A DNA stretch of 57,252 bases, filler included, from Circinaria calcarea (taxonomy: Eukaryota), in NCBI GenBank assembly GCA_051942165.1. It is 4 parts of 4 records of this genome, joined end to end, with 100 filler letters (N's around TTAATTAATTAA, not from the genome) between each part and the next. Parts side by side here need not be neighbours in the genome. Positions count along the whole stretch, not along the records: positions 28,690 to 42,921 come from JAVECS010000449.1; positions 43,022 to 57,252 come from JAVECS010000450.1; 2 more parts are not named here. The stretch is one strand, 5' to 3'. A program made the position numbers and the translations under genes. A model generated the notes under the pieces. It did no database searches and was not told the DNA's origin. It was given only the letters and a program-made list of their open reading frames with translations. The stretch's first letter is position 1. Each line of letters opens with the position of its first letter. This document shows, in pieces, positions 35,445-47,100 of the stretch.

Positions 35445-37633
35445 TCATAGCTTGCTCATGTTTCTAAGAGCTCCACTCGTAATGTGCTCTTTCTTTTCTG
35501 CTCGGACCCTGCCAGCTAACACTTCTCTACCTCCTCCTGTGTTCCACCAAGCAACACAGATTGCAGCACGTGCGACATCCATTTCACCGTTACTCAACAC
35601 CTCCCAAAGTCTTTTTTTACATGTATTAGACATCATCGATTCTTTAATTGTGTTAATACTCCTTGCGACAATCGGCAACCACTCTTCAAGGGTATCGATG
35701 GGTAGCACGCATAATGAATCGACCAATGTTAATACCAGCACCGCTTGCTCAGATAGTGCAACTTCATCACCAAGTACGGCTTGGTTTGAAAGTAGCGGTA
35801 GTAACGTCGTCGACGCATTATCTGCGCGGTCACGAACCAATTCGAGTAAAGTAGATGGTAGAAGAGGCTGTTGCGCTGATATAGGTGAAGGAGGTGATGT
35901 TATCCTAACCAGGGTTCTGACAGCCATACGGAACTGACGTGGAGATAAGCTTTGGGGGAATGCCTAGACAAAGCATGTTAGATCCAGTACATCAGCCATA
36001 TTTGGTGAAAATCTGACCTTAAATAATACATCCACGTAGAAGCCAAGGTACTTGGTGGTCAAGTCCGAGTTCTGCGGAGCTGTTAGGGCAGATAAAACAA
36101 CGCTATGAGCCGCTTCAAATATCTCCACTAAACTAGAATTATTTCCAGTGCCCAGATACGGAGACGCTGCCCCAATCAGAAGATCTTCGTTCACGCTAGA
36201 AGGTAAGGATAGGGTAAAGTGCTCCGCAGTATTTAAAAAGAACAGGTCGTGGTTTCTTTCATGGGGATGCTCCGGAATACGACCAAATTCAGCAGGCCGT
36301 ATTTCTCTGAGGAAGGCCTCGGCCTGTATAGGATAATTGAAAAGTATGTCAACGCTGGTTAGGTAGACAAATGTGTACTGCGAGAAAGAACTATGCCCAA
36401 GGCGTGCTGAAATGAAACAAAGGCTCCGTAAAGACAGAAGTGTTTGAACAGCAACGAAGGGTACTAAAAAGGGTGAGTTGTTGTAAAAGCATCAAGGGCA
36501 TACCGCACTTACCGTCATTGGAAGATAATTGACCGTCACCAAGTACTCGCCCTAACAGCGATCGCTGTATAACAATCACTGAAAATAATGTCGACTTTAA
36601 GACCTGCCATAAGGAAGAAAGAGTAATGCTTAAGGTCTCTTCATGGAGAAATGTCCCTTCCTCGGTAATGTCAATTTCAGATAGCTTGTTCTGTCGCCAT
36701 TGGACACCAATTGATCTTGCAAAAGCGAAAAGGTCACCAGTCATCGCCAAGAGCAGATCAAAAGTCTTAACATTCTCCACGGAAAAGGCCGTCAGTCGCG
36801 ATAGAGCTCCAAGACCACCTACCAAAGGACCGGACGCCATACGCTGAAGTTGGAAGTATGTCGACGATTTCGGGGACCAATTGAATTTATTGCCGGTTGT
36901 CTGGGTAATGTCTGCGTCCAAGGTGGCTAAAAAGTAACCCCATTCGAGTCCCCCTTTGGTGAAGAACATCGTACGAATCAGCAAGGGTAGTAGGCGTTCA
37001 TGATTGATATCACTGCGCTCATGGCTACCCAAGATATCGAAAACATTGCTGAACACCACCGCAATGGTGGTAGTGCTTAGCTGGCCATCTTTTCCTGTAG
37101 CCTCCAGAGCTAGATTCCCGGCCTTCACGATCGCCCTCTCTACGGTTCTCCGCAGTGAGGGTGACAAGCCGTGACGATCCTGACCCTCAAACCCTAGCAA
37201 AAGCCCTCCAAGGATGAGCATGTGCTTCCATCTTGGCGATCTGTCATCAGCTCCCCTGACAACGGCTTTCACCCACTCCTCCTTGGCTAGACCTTCTCTT
37301 GCGGGATATGGCGCAGCGATCTTCAATGGTACCTCGGTTTCCAACTTCTGTGTACTTGCGACGTTGAAAACACCCAGAATTTGGAGCGGAGTGCGAAGGC
37401 CGTCTGGGTTGCACCATATGGCGGGTGCAGAGAGAATATGTGATGTGAGCAACGTAACATTCAAAGGATTTGATAGGAGTGTCAGGAGGTTTGTAGCGGA
37501 TCCAAGCAGCCTAGAGACAATCAGATTGATGTGCTACACCAGCAGGAGAGAAAGATTACCTAGAAGCATCCTGATCACTAGAAGGTGTCTGAAGTGCGCG
37601 CAATAGCGTCGCCAGCGACTTATCTGTGGCCAT
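35445..37633 (-). CDS. PEX8: Peroxin Pex8 (four exons), C-terminal PTS1 -SKL
   Basis: MATDKSLATLLRALQ / LLGSATNLLTLLSNPLNVTLLTSHILSAPAIW, QWRQNKLSEID, FEAAHSVVLS, LWEVLSNGEMDVARAAICVAWW, ends MSKL. Confidence 0.85.
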
Positions 37634-37994
37634 TACATTACTCCAGCTGAAGAGAACCTTCAAGCTCGGAAACCAAAGCCTGAATTTCTTCCTAGTATGT
37701 TGAACTGCAGAACAGCAGTGGCTCAAAAGCTGTGCAGTTCAGAGCCGAGGTCAATAATCCTACCAACCCGCCACGGCGAGTGACAAAAGTTCGGACATTA
37801 CCTGTTTACTTGCCGTCTGTGGTCTGCCCACTAACTGCAGGTGTAAGACCCCTGTAGCTCAGGGCTTCACCACAAATTCACCGAGCGACCAGGGTGGGTG
37901 AATTTACTACTATGATCTACCCTAATGTTGAACATCGAGGAACCGAGCCTCACTTTGCGTATCGATTTATGCCTGAAGTCGGAGCACATCTAAT

Positions 37995-39018
37995 ATGGAT
38001 TTATCCGATAATAAAAAGAAAATGCTAGCTGGAGAATTGTTTCTTGGTTTTACACCTGAGCTCATTCGCGATAGAAAGCGGTGTTCGGAAGCTTGTCATC
38101 GGTTCAACACGGCGGGCGAAGTATCACGGAGACGGTGGGTAGAGCTATGGAGAGAGTAAGTCACTCTAAATAAGATATTATGAAGGTCGAGCAAGAGTGG
38201 ATTTATTAGTCGTCACTTGGATGCTCTTGCAGGATGTATTACCTGCAAGCTGCAATATGTAGAGTACCCATGCAGGCTCTTAGCCCTTCAAGCCTGATGT
38301 AAATAAAACTAACTCTTTGTGAAGCAATCATTCAATTTGCATATTTTGGTCTTCCGCCGCCTTTTTGCCGGAAGCATTATTAATCCATCATTCCATAGTA
38401 TCGTCCAAGATCCTCGGCCAACGCCTACGCAGCTTCCTAACCAAGAAGATGACGATGCTTTGTTCGAGGACGACCCCTGGGTAATGGCCCCTGTCCACGT
38501 TGACTATGGTACGAATGTCCGTATTGCACCGACGGCCATGGTGAACTTCAATTGCACTATTCTCGACTCATGTCTGGTGACAATCGGGCCCCGTACTCTT
38601 ATTGGCCCCAGTGTTTCGCTATATAGCGGCACTCATCCGTTAGATCCTGAGGTTCGCAATGGGACTGCAGGTCCAGAGTTAGGCAAAGATATTCACATTG
38701 AAGAAGACTGCTGGCTTGGTGGGAATGTGATTGTTCTACCTGGAGTCAGAATAGGCAGAGGGGCAACGGTGGGTGCTGGTAGTGTCGTGACAAAGGTATG
38801 CCGCATTCCAATCAAATAAAACTAAAGGGAGACTCTAATTCTCAGTTCGCTAGGACGTTGCACCATTCACTTGTGTCGCTGGTAATCCAGCTAGGTTTAT
38901 TCGCAAGATAAAGACAAATATGGACCCGTCTCAGGGGTCCGAAGCTGCGGGTAAGGAGAATGAGGCTCATGAGGTGAAGCACGAAGTCCTATCGCTGCCG
39001 ACAGGGGTTACGCCTTGA
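37995..39018 (+). CDS. Maltose/galactoside O-acetyltransferase family (left-handed beta-helix); introns 38156-38398 and 38796-38853
   Basis: KKMLAGELF N-terminal Mac-like domain, [68 protein letters not shown]. Confidence 0.93.
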
Positions 39019-39540
39019 AGTGACGTTCTTAAACAGGACTTTTCAGCCAATGCATGATCAATCCAGCGGCCTTGAAGATTCCCTATAACAGAAGATAGAT
39101 GATCTGAAATTAGTGGCTGTCGCCCAGATACCAGGGGCTTCAGATCATACATTACATTGATACATATTGGACGGCACATATATGCGCATGTTTCAAATTC
39201 ACTCGCGTATGCACCTATTTATCCTCATGCCTAGATACGATTGGACAGCCGGCGGCTATGGTTTATCGTATGTTTTAAAGAGGCTGTCTCATTCCAAGAT
39301 CCGCCCTGACTTCAATGGGCTAACAATCAGTTGTACTTTCGTATGCGAGGATCTGGGACTGCGCTTTGACCATTTACCTTCTTCACTTTACAGAACATGT
39401 GATGTATATAAGGGGCTTTGGTTGTACTCTTCAGATACGTATCAAGACGCCAAACACTAAAAAGATAGCACTGACACATTCGTATTCCCAATCTCATCAA
39501 GGAATCTTTCCTAGCCAGTGCCAACTTTGCAAATACACTC

Positions 39541-40104
39541 ATGTATATCTCCGCTTCCATTCTCCTTTCATCGCTCCACTTCCTCGTCTTTCCCATTGAA
39601 GCCGCTCCATATAACCCCGACCCCGACGCTTCCCCTTCACTTCTTTCCCGAGCAATACTTGACTGCACCCCTGTGCTACACCCGCCGGACCGCATAATCT
39701 CAGCCAACGACTGCTACCGCGTCATACACACCATTTACCGATGCCACAATCCCACAGCCACCGTAATCTTTTCACGTGACGCCCACGCCCCTGACGCACA
39801 CTTCAAAGTCCCCCTCTCGTGGCAATACCAAAATTGCGTTATTGGCATTACGATGGCACGTTTTTCCACAGCATCCGATGATCGCGCTAGCTTGGCGGCT
39901 GTGGGAACGCGAGCGCTGGCAGTTATCAGAACGTGTGTGGAGAATGGTGGGATTGGGGGTGTAGCCGATTTTGGAGAGAACAATAAGCTGGAAGTGTTTG
40001 TGAGGGGAGTCCCGAGAGTGGAATTCCGGCCACCATCGTCGATAGCAGCAGCGGCAAAGGCGTTGGCTTTGGGACAACAGTGCCTGAGTGGGCTTCGTCC
40101 ATGA
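39541..40104 (+). CDS. Small secreted cysteine-containing protein (effector-like; KP4/Ecp2-like fold inferred)
   Basis: Signal-peptide-like N-terminus (MYISASILLSSLHFLVFPIEA), pro-region ending LLSR, six Cys, DC...VP.SW...C.I.I...D.AS...A..VI..CV..GG..G..L.V pattern. Confidence 0.75.
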   Translation: MYISASILLSSLHFLVFPIEAAPYNPDPDASPSLLSRAILDCTPVLHPPDRIISANDCYRVIHTIYRCHNPTATVIFSRDAHAPDAHFKVPLSWQYQNCVIGITMARFSTASDDRASLAAVGTRALAVIRTCVENGGIGGVADFGENNKLEVFVRGVPRVEFRPPSSIAAAAKALALGQQCLSGLRP

Positions 40105-40671
40105 AAGCAAGAAGAGAAGAAGAAAGAAAGTCTAAGGAGGATGTCATAAATTCTAGGCTCATCGGATCTGATATCGAAGCTTGCGTCATTTCCCAGAACA
40201 CAATCAGAAAGGGCACTTTCTGATAGATATGAAAGAAGCTAGATGAACACGGGCGCGTTTTCTGAAGATACTTTTTAGAGTAAAGATACCCAGAAAGCGC
40301 TCTAAGAATGACATTAAAGCAATACCATTGAACTTGGATCAAAGAATACGAACAGACTAGATTTGAGTTGCGCCTCGGCATAGCATAAAGGGGCAAAGTA
40401 GTATGTGAAAATTCTCTTGATAAGACGATAGAGAGAAAACCGGAGAAGAAAGACTAACCCCATCAACTGTCTTTTGGTAAACCTCCTGAAATAGAAGTAA
40501 TTGAGTTCTTTAGATATTCTCTATCGAGACCGGATACTTATGCCATCTACCCCACACAAATGCTTCAAACTCCAATCCACGACATATGGTACATGAGTCC
40601 CCCTGAATTAATGACCCAATGCTCCTTCATATCGTACATCTAGGACCCCCATCTAGACCCCAACATGGTAG

Positions 40672-41035
40672 CTATATCATTCCACCTGCGCTACTCCCAC
40701 CATGCACCGCGGCCTCTTGGCCAGCGCGCCGTGCATACTGTTTTGCTACCGCATTCCACGTATCCATGTATTTTGTCATGCATTGCGTGAAGCAGGTCTC
40801 TTCCCGTTTCGATAGGGAGCTTCCGGGCGTAGGTATGCATTTTTCGAAGCAGTGTTCATTGACTTTCTATAACGGCCAAAGGTTAGAAGTGGGTTCCTGC
40901 TAAAGAAAGAGAAACAGTGCATACTTCTATTAATGCCCTTGCATTTGCAAAAGCTGCTTCTTGCCGGATCTGGTTCATAAGGGCGGTCTTGGGTTCGGAA
41001 TGGGAGGCATGGGAGGAATTGTTTATGGTATCCAT
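40672..41035 (-). CDS. TIM13: Mitochondrial intermembrane small Tim chaperone Tim13; intron 40924-40867
   Basis: KTALMNQIRQEAAFANARALIE|KVNEHCFEKCIPTPGSSLS..EETCFTQCMTKYMDTWN; twin CX3C motif. Confidence 0.93.
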
Positions 41036-41343
41036 GATGACAGTATTGGGGGAGTGGGAGGATTTTGGCTGAGAAGATGTGTATTGGGCTGATTTTGAGC
41101 GCTTCACTGTTATGCAATAGTGTTCGAAAGGTGAAAATTAATGCACAAATAATACAAGTACGGAGCACGGAGTGGAGCGTCTTTAGATCGGCAATATGTA
41201 AAGGACCGGCCCGGTGACTTTCCCCAGCTCGCGACAATGACAGCTTTAACTTTCCAAGTCAATGCAAAGTAGATAGCCGTCGGTGGATCAAAGTTCCTTT
41301 TTCCTATGTATTCTATCCTTATACGGCGAGCCTGAATCGAGAC

Positions 41344-42650
41344 ATGAGAGCTCTCCAATTCAGAGCGGCCGCTGTCAAAATGCAGCTGTGGGCCCGGATT
41401 TCACTGCTATGGCTGTCTGCAGGATGGTTTGCTACAGTGTTAGCAGACTTGGATCCAAATATCAAGAGCATACCGGTATGCTCAAGGCCCAAAGGCTAGA
41501 CAAGTTTGCTAATGGGGTATCTTCTGACATAGCTTCGGACACATAGCTTGTCACCGGTCAGTCATCTCAAGCCATGTTACGCGCTCAGTATTGGGCATCA
41601 GGATCAGCAAGCATTGTTCTAACATGAACTCGTGCAGCCATATCTTGATTCTGATATGCAAAGTCGGTGGTGGGACTTTGGAGGCGATACCATTATACGA
41701 GCAGACCAGTACCTCCTTCTCCACCATATCCATCATTCAGAAGACCATGCTAAGACTGCTGTCCACAGGTATGTTCGCCTCACATCCGATAGGGGATCGC
41801 AATCCGGCTGGATCTTCTCACGCCTACCTTTGACAGCTACAAATTGGCAGGTCAGCACCCCAAGGGGAAATGGTGCTGCAATCAACTGACAGGGACCACA
41901 GATCGAATTCGAGTTCAAAATACATGGTAAAGGCAATCTGCACGGAGATGGAATGGCCTTGTGGATTACCAAGCAGCGGGCTACACCCGGTCCCGTCTTT
42001 GGCTCAGTCGACAAGTTCGAAGGCCTAGGGATATTTTTCGATACGTACAAAAACAACAGGCCAGGGGTTATATTCCCCTATGTCATGGCCATGATTGGTG
42101 ATGGACAGACTTCGTATAACAAAGGAAATGACGGAAAAGATACCGAGCTGGCCGGCTGTGCGGTAGGGTCTCTCTGTCCGACGTACAGTGCAGATAGCTG
42201 GAGAGAAGGCTGACTGGATGTTAGGCCCGTGGTATTCGAGGAGCGTCAATACCCACCAAGGCCCGTCTTACATACTTTCAAGATCAGTCACTCAAGCTGG
42301 AACTGCAATATAAATCCGAAGAGCTATGGGCGCTGTGCTTCGAGCACGGCCCTGTCGCAATCCCCTCGATAGCATATCTCGGCTTCAGCGCCGAGACCGG
42401 CGAACTGAGTGACAATTTCGACATCATCTCCGTCGAATCCAAGAACCTCTACGCCAGTCAGCCGGTCGAAGGCTCTAAGAGTGAAGGCGGTAAACAGAAG
42501 GGAAGGGCCTACGATCCTAATCGAGGACGGCAAGGTGCCGGATGGGGCTGGTTTTTTGTGAAAATTGTTCTTTTTGGAGTAGCGTGCGGGGGTGCCTATG
42601 TCGGGTATACGATGTACAGAAGCTCGAAGAGGCGCTCACGATTCGATTGA
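41344..42650 (+). CDS. L-type (legume-like) lectin cargo receptor, VIP36/LMAN2-like (start ATG 41344 or 41380)
   Basis: Signal peptide; RTHSLSPPYLD, WWDFGGDTII, YVRLTSD, IEFEFKIHG...HGDGMALW, GLGIFFDTYKN, YLGFSAETGELSDNFDII; C-terminal TM and KRRSRFD tail. Confidence 0.9.
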
Positions 42651-42921
42651 CAATGCCGGGCGTTGTAGCAAATCTTTACTTGTTCATTATGATTTCGCGG
42701 GCCCTGGAAATCTCGGCATATACGTGACTGCTATGCCATAGGTGACTAGAAGCTTCTCCATGGTTGCTTACGATTCCAATGAAGAAAAAAAGCTCCACTA
42801 CCTCTCGACAATCCTATATACCTCTCTTGCCCCCTTTCTTTCCTTCATCTTCTTTTTCATGATACGTTGTCTGTTCTTGTTCTCGCTAACTCCACCTCCC
42901 CCCCCCTCCCCAACCTACACC

Positions 42922-43021
42922 NNNNNNNNNNNNNNNNNNNNNNNNNNNNNNNNNNNNNNNNNNNNTTAATTAATTAANNNNNNNNNNNNNNNNNNNNNNN
43001 NNNNNNNNNNNNNNNNNNNNN
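42922..43021. other. Artificial contig-joining spacer (N44-TTAATTAATTAA-N44)
   Basis: Same 100-nt structure as the other gaps. Confidence 0.97.
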
Positions 43022-44162
43022 TGTGGCGTCTCGAGAAATCCGCGTTTATTTACCCAGGCACAAAGGTACCGTATGCTGTGGAACGACCTCTCCTCTCGCA
43101 GGGATAGTTCCTTGGTTTAACGACCAGCCCGTTCCACCCACCAAACCAGTTCCCTTCCGTTGGTGTCGAAGCAATTTCGTCTTTCCACAGAGATTGCTAA
43201 TTAGACACTGGTTCGCGGTTCCATGGCCTGAGATCATATGCCGGTACTGGCCGTTGTCGTCGTGAACCTCGAATTACTGTGCTCGAGGACGGCCTCGGCG
43301 GGTCTTTGGAGGATAGACCGATAGAGTACCCACCTAACTGTATTCGCCGCTTAGCTGAGTTGCTTAGATCCTGCATGCAGGCCAAAACAAGGCTGTGGGC
43401 GAAGTTTGCGACACGCCAATAAAATCACTTGTTCGGGAGCTCGTCCTGGCCCTGTCCGCTGGTATCGCTTCTGACGGGGTCAAGTCCGCTTCCCACACCC
43501 TTGCACCGCGACTGGCATCTTGCAGTAGTCAACTCCTCTTACGTATCAGGCTTAACTCCAATGCGCCCACGATCAGAAATTGCAACCGTCATCGAGTCGA
43601 GACCTCTCTGGCTTCCCGTGCAGCCCACTCACGGGGGATGATGCACCAGCCACCCTTTGGCTCGGATTGGCTGGCTTCACAAAAGTCCGGCGAGTCCATC
43701 GTGTTCTGACGCAATATGCAATTTGCCTGGTCAATGCCAGTGGAGGTTGTTTCGAATGAGGGGATTACCGATTCCTACCAGCGCCCCATCCAAGTTTGCT
43801 TTGCAGCCACAGTAGTGAGGCACCAGCTTCGTGGAAGTCGAATCAGAGCTGCTGTGGACGTGTTTCTCCAGTGACGTAGCGTAAAACCCCTATTCCCCCA
43901 GCCACTTGTTATTATATTCAGTGCTGTCCCGGGCGCACGGTAATCGATTCCCTAACTTTCCTTCTCAAAAAAAAAATCAACGGAACAACCCCTAATACTT
44001 CCATGGTTGTTCCCCAATAACTTGTATATGACAAGCGATCCTCGATCGTCTGCTAGTTACGCGTACTATTCCTTTCCTCCCACTCCGAACAGGTCTTCTC
44101 CACCACCGAGTACGAGCAGTAACAAATCCATAACTCCTCAAACGGCCAGGACCTCGAAAAGC

Positions 44163-47100
44163 ATGGCGCCATCACCCGCGGCAGGCAAGGCGCCTGCAAA
44201 CCAGCCAAAAACTCCTACCAAGGCTGGAAGAAACCCTTCATCGAGCACTACATCAAGGCTCAACCAATCTTCAAGTGCTGCCGATCAACCCAAAGGTGCT
44301 GCAAGATCCGCGACGAATACCCCAAAATCAACTACCAGAAGCGCGACAGATAAACCCAGGGGTCCAGCGCCAAAGCTCAACACCTCCTCTCCAAAATTAC
44401 CACCAAGGCCAAAGGCGGGGGATGATGCGGCGTCAAAAGCTAAGTCTGCCGCTCCGGAAACGCCAGAGGCTGCGGAGGATGTAAAAGGAAAGGCCGATGA
44501 CACGACCGGGTCTGCCCAAGTAAAGGCCGAAGATATAGCCGACTCAGCCAAAGAGAAAGCTGATGATACAACCGAAACTGCTGAGGACAAGACCGAAGAT
44601 ACCTCCAAGAATGCGGAAGGAAAAGCTGGTGAGATTACCGAAGATACTAAAGGCAAAGCCAGCGACACAGCCGAAGACGTTAAGGGTAAAGCTGATGAAG
44701 CTGCCGAGGACCCCAAAGGTAAAGTGGAAGACACGGCCGAGGATACAGCTGACGAAGGCGGGGATAAAATTGGTCTTGAGGATAATGATCCCAATGAAGC
44801 CGATGACGAAGATACCCCCCAGGGTAAGATTAGCCAAGCCGGTAACGAAACTGGCGGTGAGGAAGAATCCGTGACAACTGAAAATCTTGAAGAGGCTGCT
44901 CCTGAACCCGTCGATGACGAGGCCGAAGAAGCCGTTGGGGGTGCAAAGGACACTGCCGAGGGTACTGCTGAGGACGCCGCCGATGACACTGAAGTACCAG
45001 AAGCTGATGCTCCCGAAACCGATGCGCCAGAGACTGACACAGCAGACACTGAAGCTACTGAAGACGCTGAAGAGACTGCTGATGGTGCTAAGGGAACAGC
45101 CGGAGGTGCAACGAGTGGCGCAAAAGGTGTTGCCGAGGAAGCCAAGGATACGGCTGAAAAGGCTGCTGAAGGAGACGTCGCCGAAGCCGCTGAAGGCACA
45201 ACGGATGGGGTAGAAGATACTGCTGACGATGTCGCTGATGGCGTCAAAGATGCCGCACCGGAAGATGCGGACAAGGCTGTTGATAGTGCCAAAGATGCAA
45301 CCCCGGAAGACGCAGACGAGGCAGCTGATGGGGCCAAGGATGCCATCCCAGAGGAAGGTGAAGAGGCTGTAGATGGGGTTAAAGATGCTGCTCCAGAAGA
45401 CACAGACGAGGCAATCGATGGGGCTAAGGACGCCGTCCCAAAGGATGCTGAAGATGTAGAGGGGATTAAAGATGCTACACCTGACGAGGCTGAAGACGCT
45501 GTCGACGGTGTTGAAGAGACTGCCGGAGATGCGGCCGATCATGTTCCAGCCGATTTCTCTGTACTGAAGGGTCTTGAAGTTGGTGAAGGTGGTGCAGTTC
45601 TTGGACCTGATGGAGAGCAAATTGGCCAAGTCGAAGAAGGTGATCCCGAAGATTTGATCGGCAAAACCATTGGTGATGATGGCGAGATTCTTGATGAAGA
45701 TGGTGATGTGATCGGCAGGGTTGGCCTTGTATCGGACAAAGCCCAGGATACCGCTCAGGGTGTAGAGGGTGCTGCAGAGGATGTTGCAGAGGGTGCAGAG
45801 GATGCTGTGGAGGGTGCAGAGGATACAGCCGAGGATGTTGAAGATACCGCTGAGGACGTTGAGAAACCTCTCCCGGAAATCAGCGTACTCGAAGGCTTGG
45901 AAGTTGGAGAAGGTGGCGATATCCTGTGGGAAGATGGTACTCCTATAGGCAAACTCACCGAGGGTAACTGGGAAGACCTGATAGGCCAGAAGCTCAACGA
46001 TCAGGGTGAGATCCTCGATGAAGATGGAGATCCTATCGGAAGGGCAGAGGTGGTACCTGGCGAGGCAGCCGATAAGATCATGGCAGCTAGAGCGGAAGCT
46101 GAGGCGGCCAAAGCAGCTCTTCCAGACGTTGATGTTCTTGATGGCCTCGAAGTCGGAGAAGGGGGAGAAATCAAAGGAGAAGACGGTGCTCAGATCGGTA
46201 AAATTGTAGATGGTGATGTTGATGACCTCGTCGGCCAGAAGCTCAACGAAAAGGGCGAGATTGTCAACGATGAAGGAGAGGTTGTTGGACGGGCAGAGGT
46301 TATTCCAGGAGAGGCAGCTGACAAGATAGCTGAAGCCAATGAGAAACTCGAAGAAGCTAACCAAAGGCTCGATGAGGCCAACGAAAAATTAGAGGATGCT
46401 ACGGAAGCTCTGAAGCCGAACGTATCTATACTCGAGGGAAGGAGGATCAACAAGAAGGGTACTATCTTGGACGACGAAGGCGAGCTAATTGGCAAACTCA
46501 CCGAAGATTCTGATCTCCAACAATGTATTGGTAAGGTACCTAATGAAAACGGCGAAATCCTTGATAAAGATGGCAAGGTGGTGGGCAAGGTTGAGATTGT
46601 TGCTGGGGAAGCTGCGGATGAAGCGATGAAGGAATCGCATCCCGAGCTTGTCGAAGCTTTGGAAGCGGCTGAAGAAACAGCGAAGCAGGCTGAAGAAGAA
46701 GCTGCGCCTGAAGCTCCAGAAGAGGAGCCTGAAGCCCCCGAAGAGGCAACAGATGACGAACAACAGGGTCTAGCGAGCCTTGAAGGTCTCAAGGTTAACA
46801 AGAAAGGTGAAGTACTCGATGAGGATGGCGAACCGATAGCTCGACTTGTCGAAGGGGAGCTATCTGCTGTCGCCGGGAAGAAGATAAATGATCAAGGCGA
46901 GGTACTTGATAAGAAAGGGAACGTCATTGGCAGAGTCGAACTTATTCAACAGGAAGCCGACGAAGCTGCTGAAAATGTTGAAGATGCAGGGGAAGAGGAG
47001 GGAGCAGCTGAAGAAGCCGTGCCTGAGGTCCCAGAGACCCCTGAACCTGACATTTCAATACTCGATGGGCTAAAAGTTAACAAGAAGGGTGAAGTTGTCA

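Noticed and set aside
44285..46364. Long antisense ORFs (372 aa, 606 aa) opposite the DUF3659 gene
   Set aside because: Shadow ORFs caused by the repetitive GAN/GCN/GGN codon bias of the sense gene; the translations are low-complexity Ser/Phe/Ile strings.
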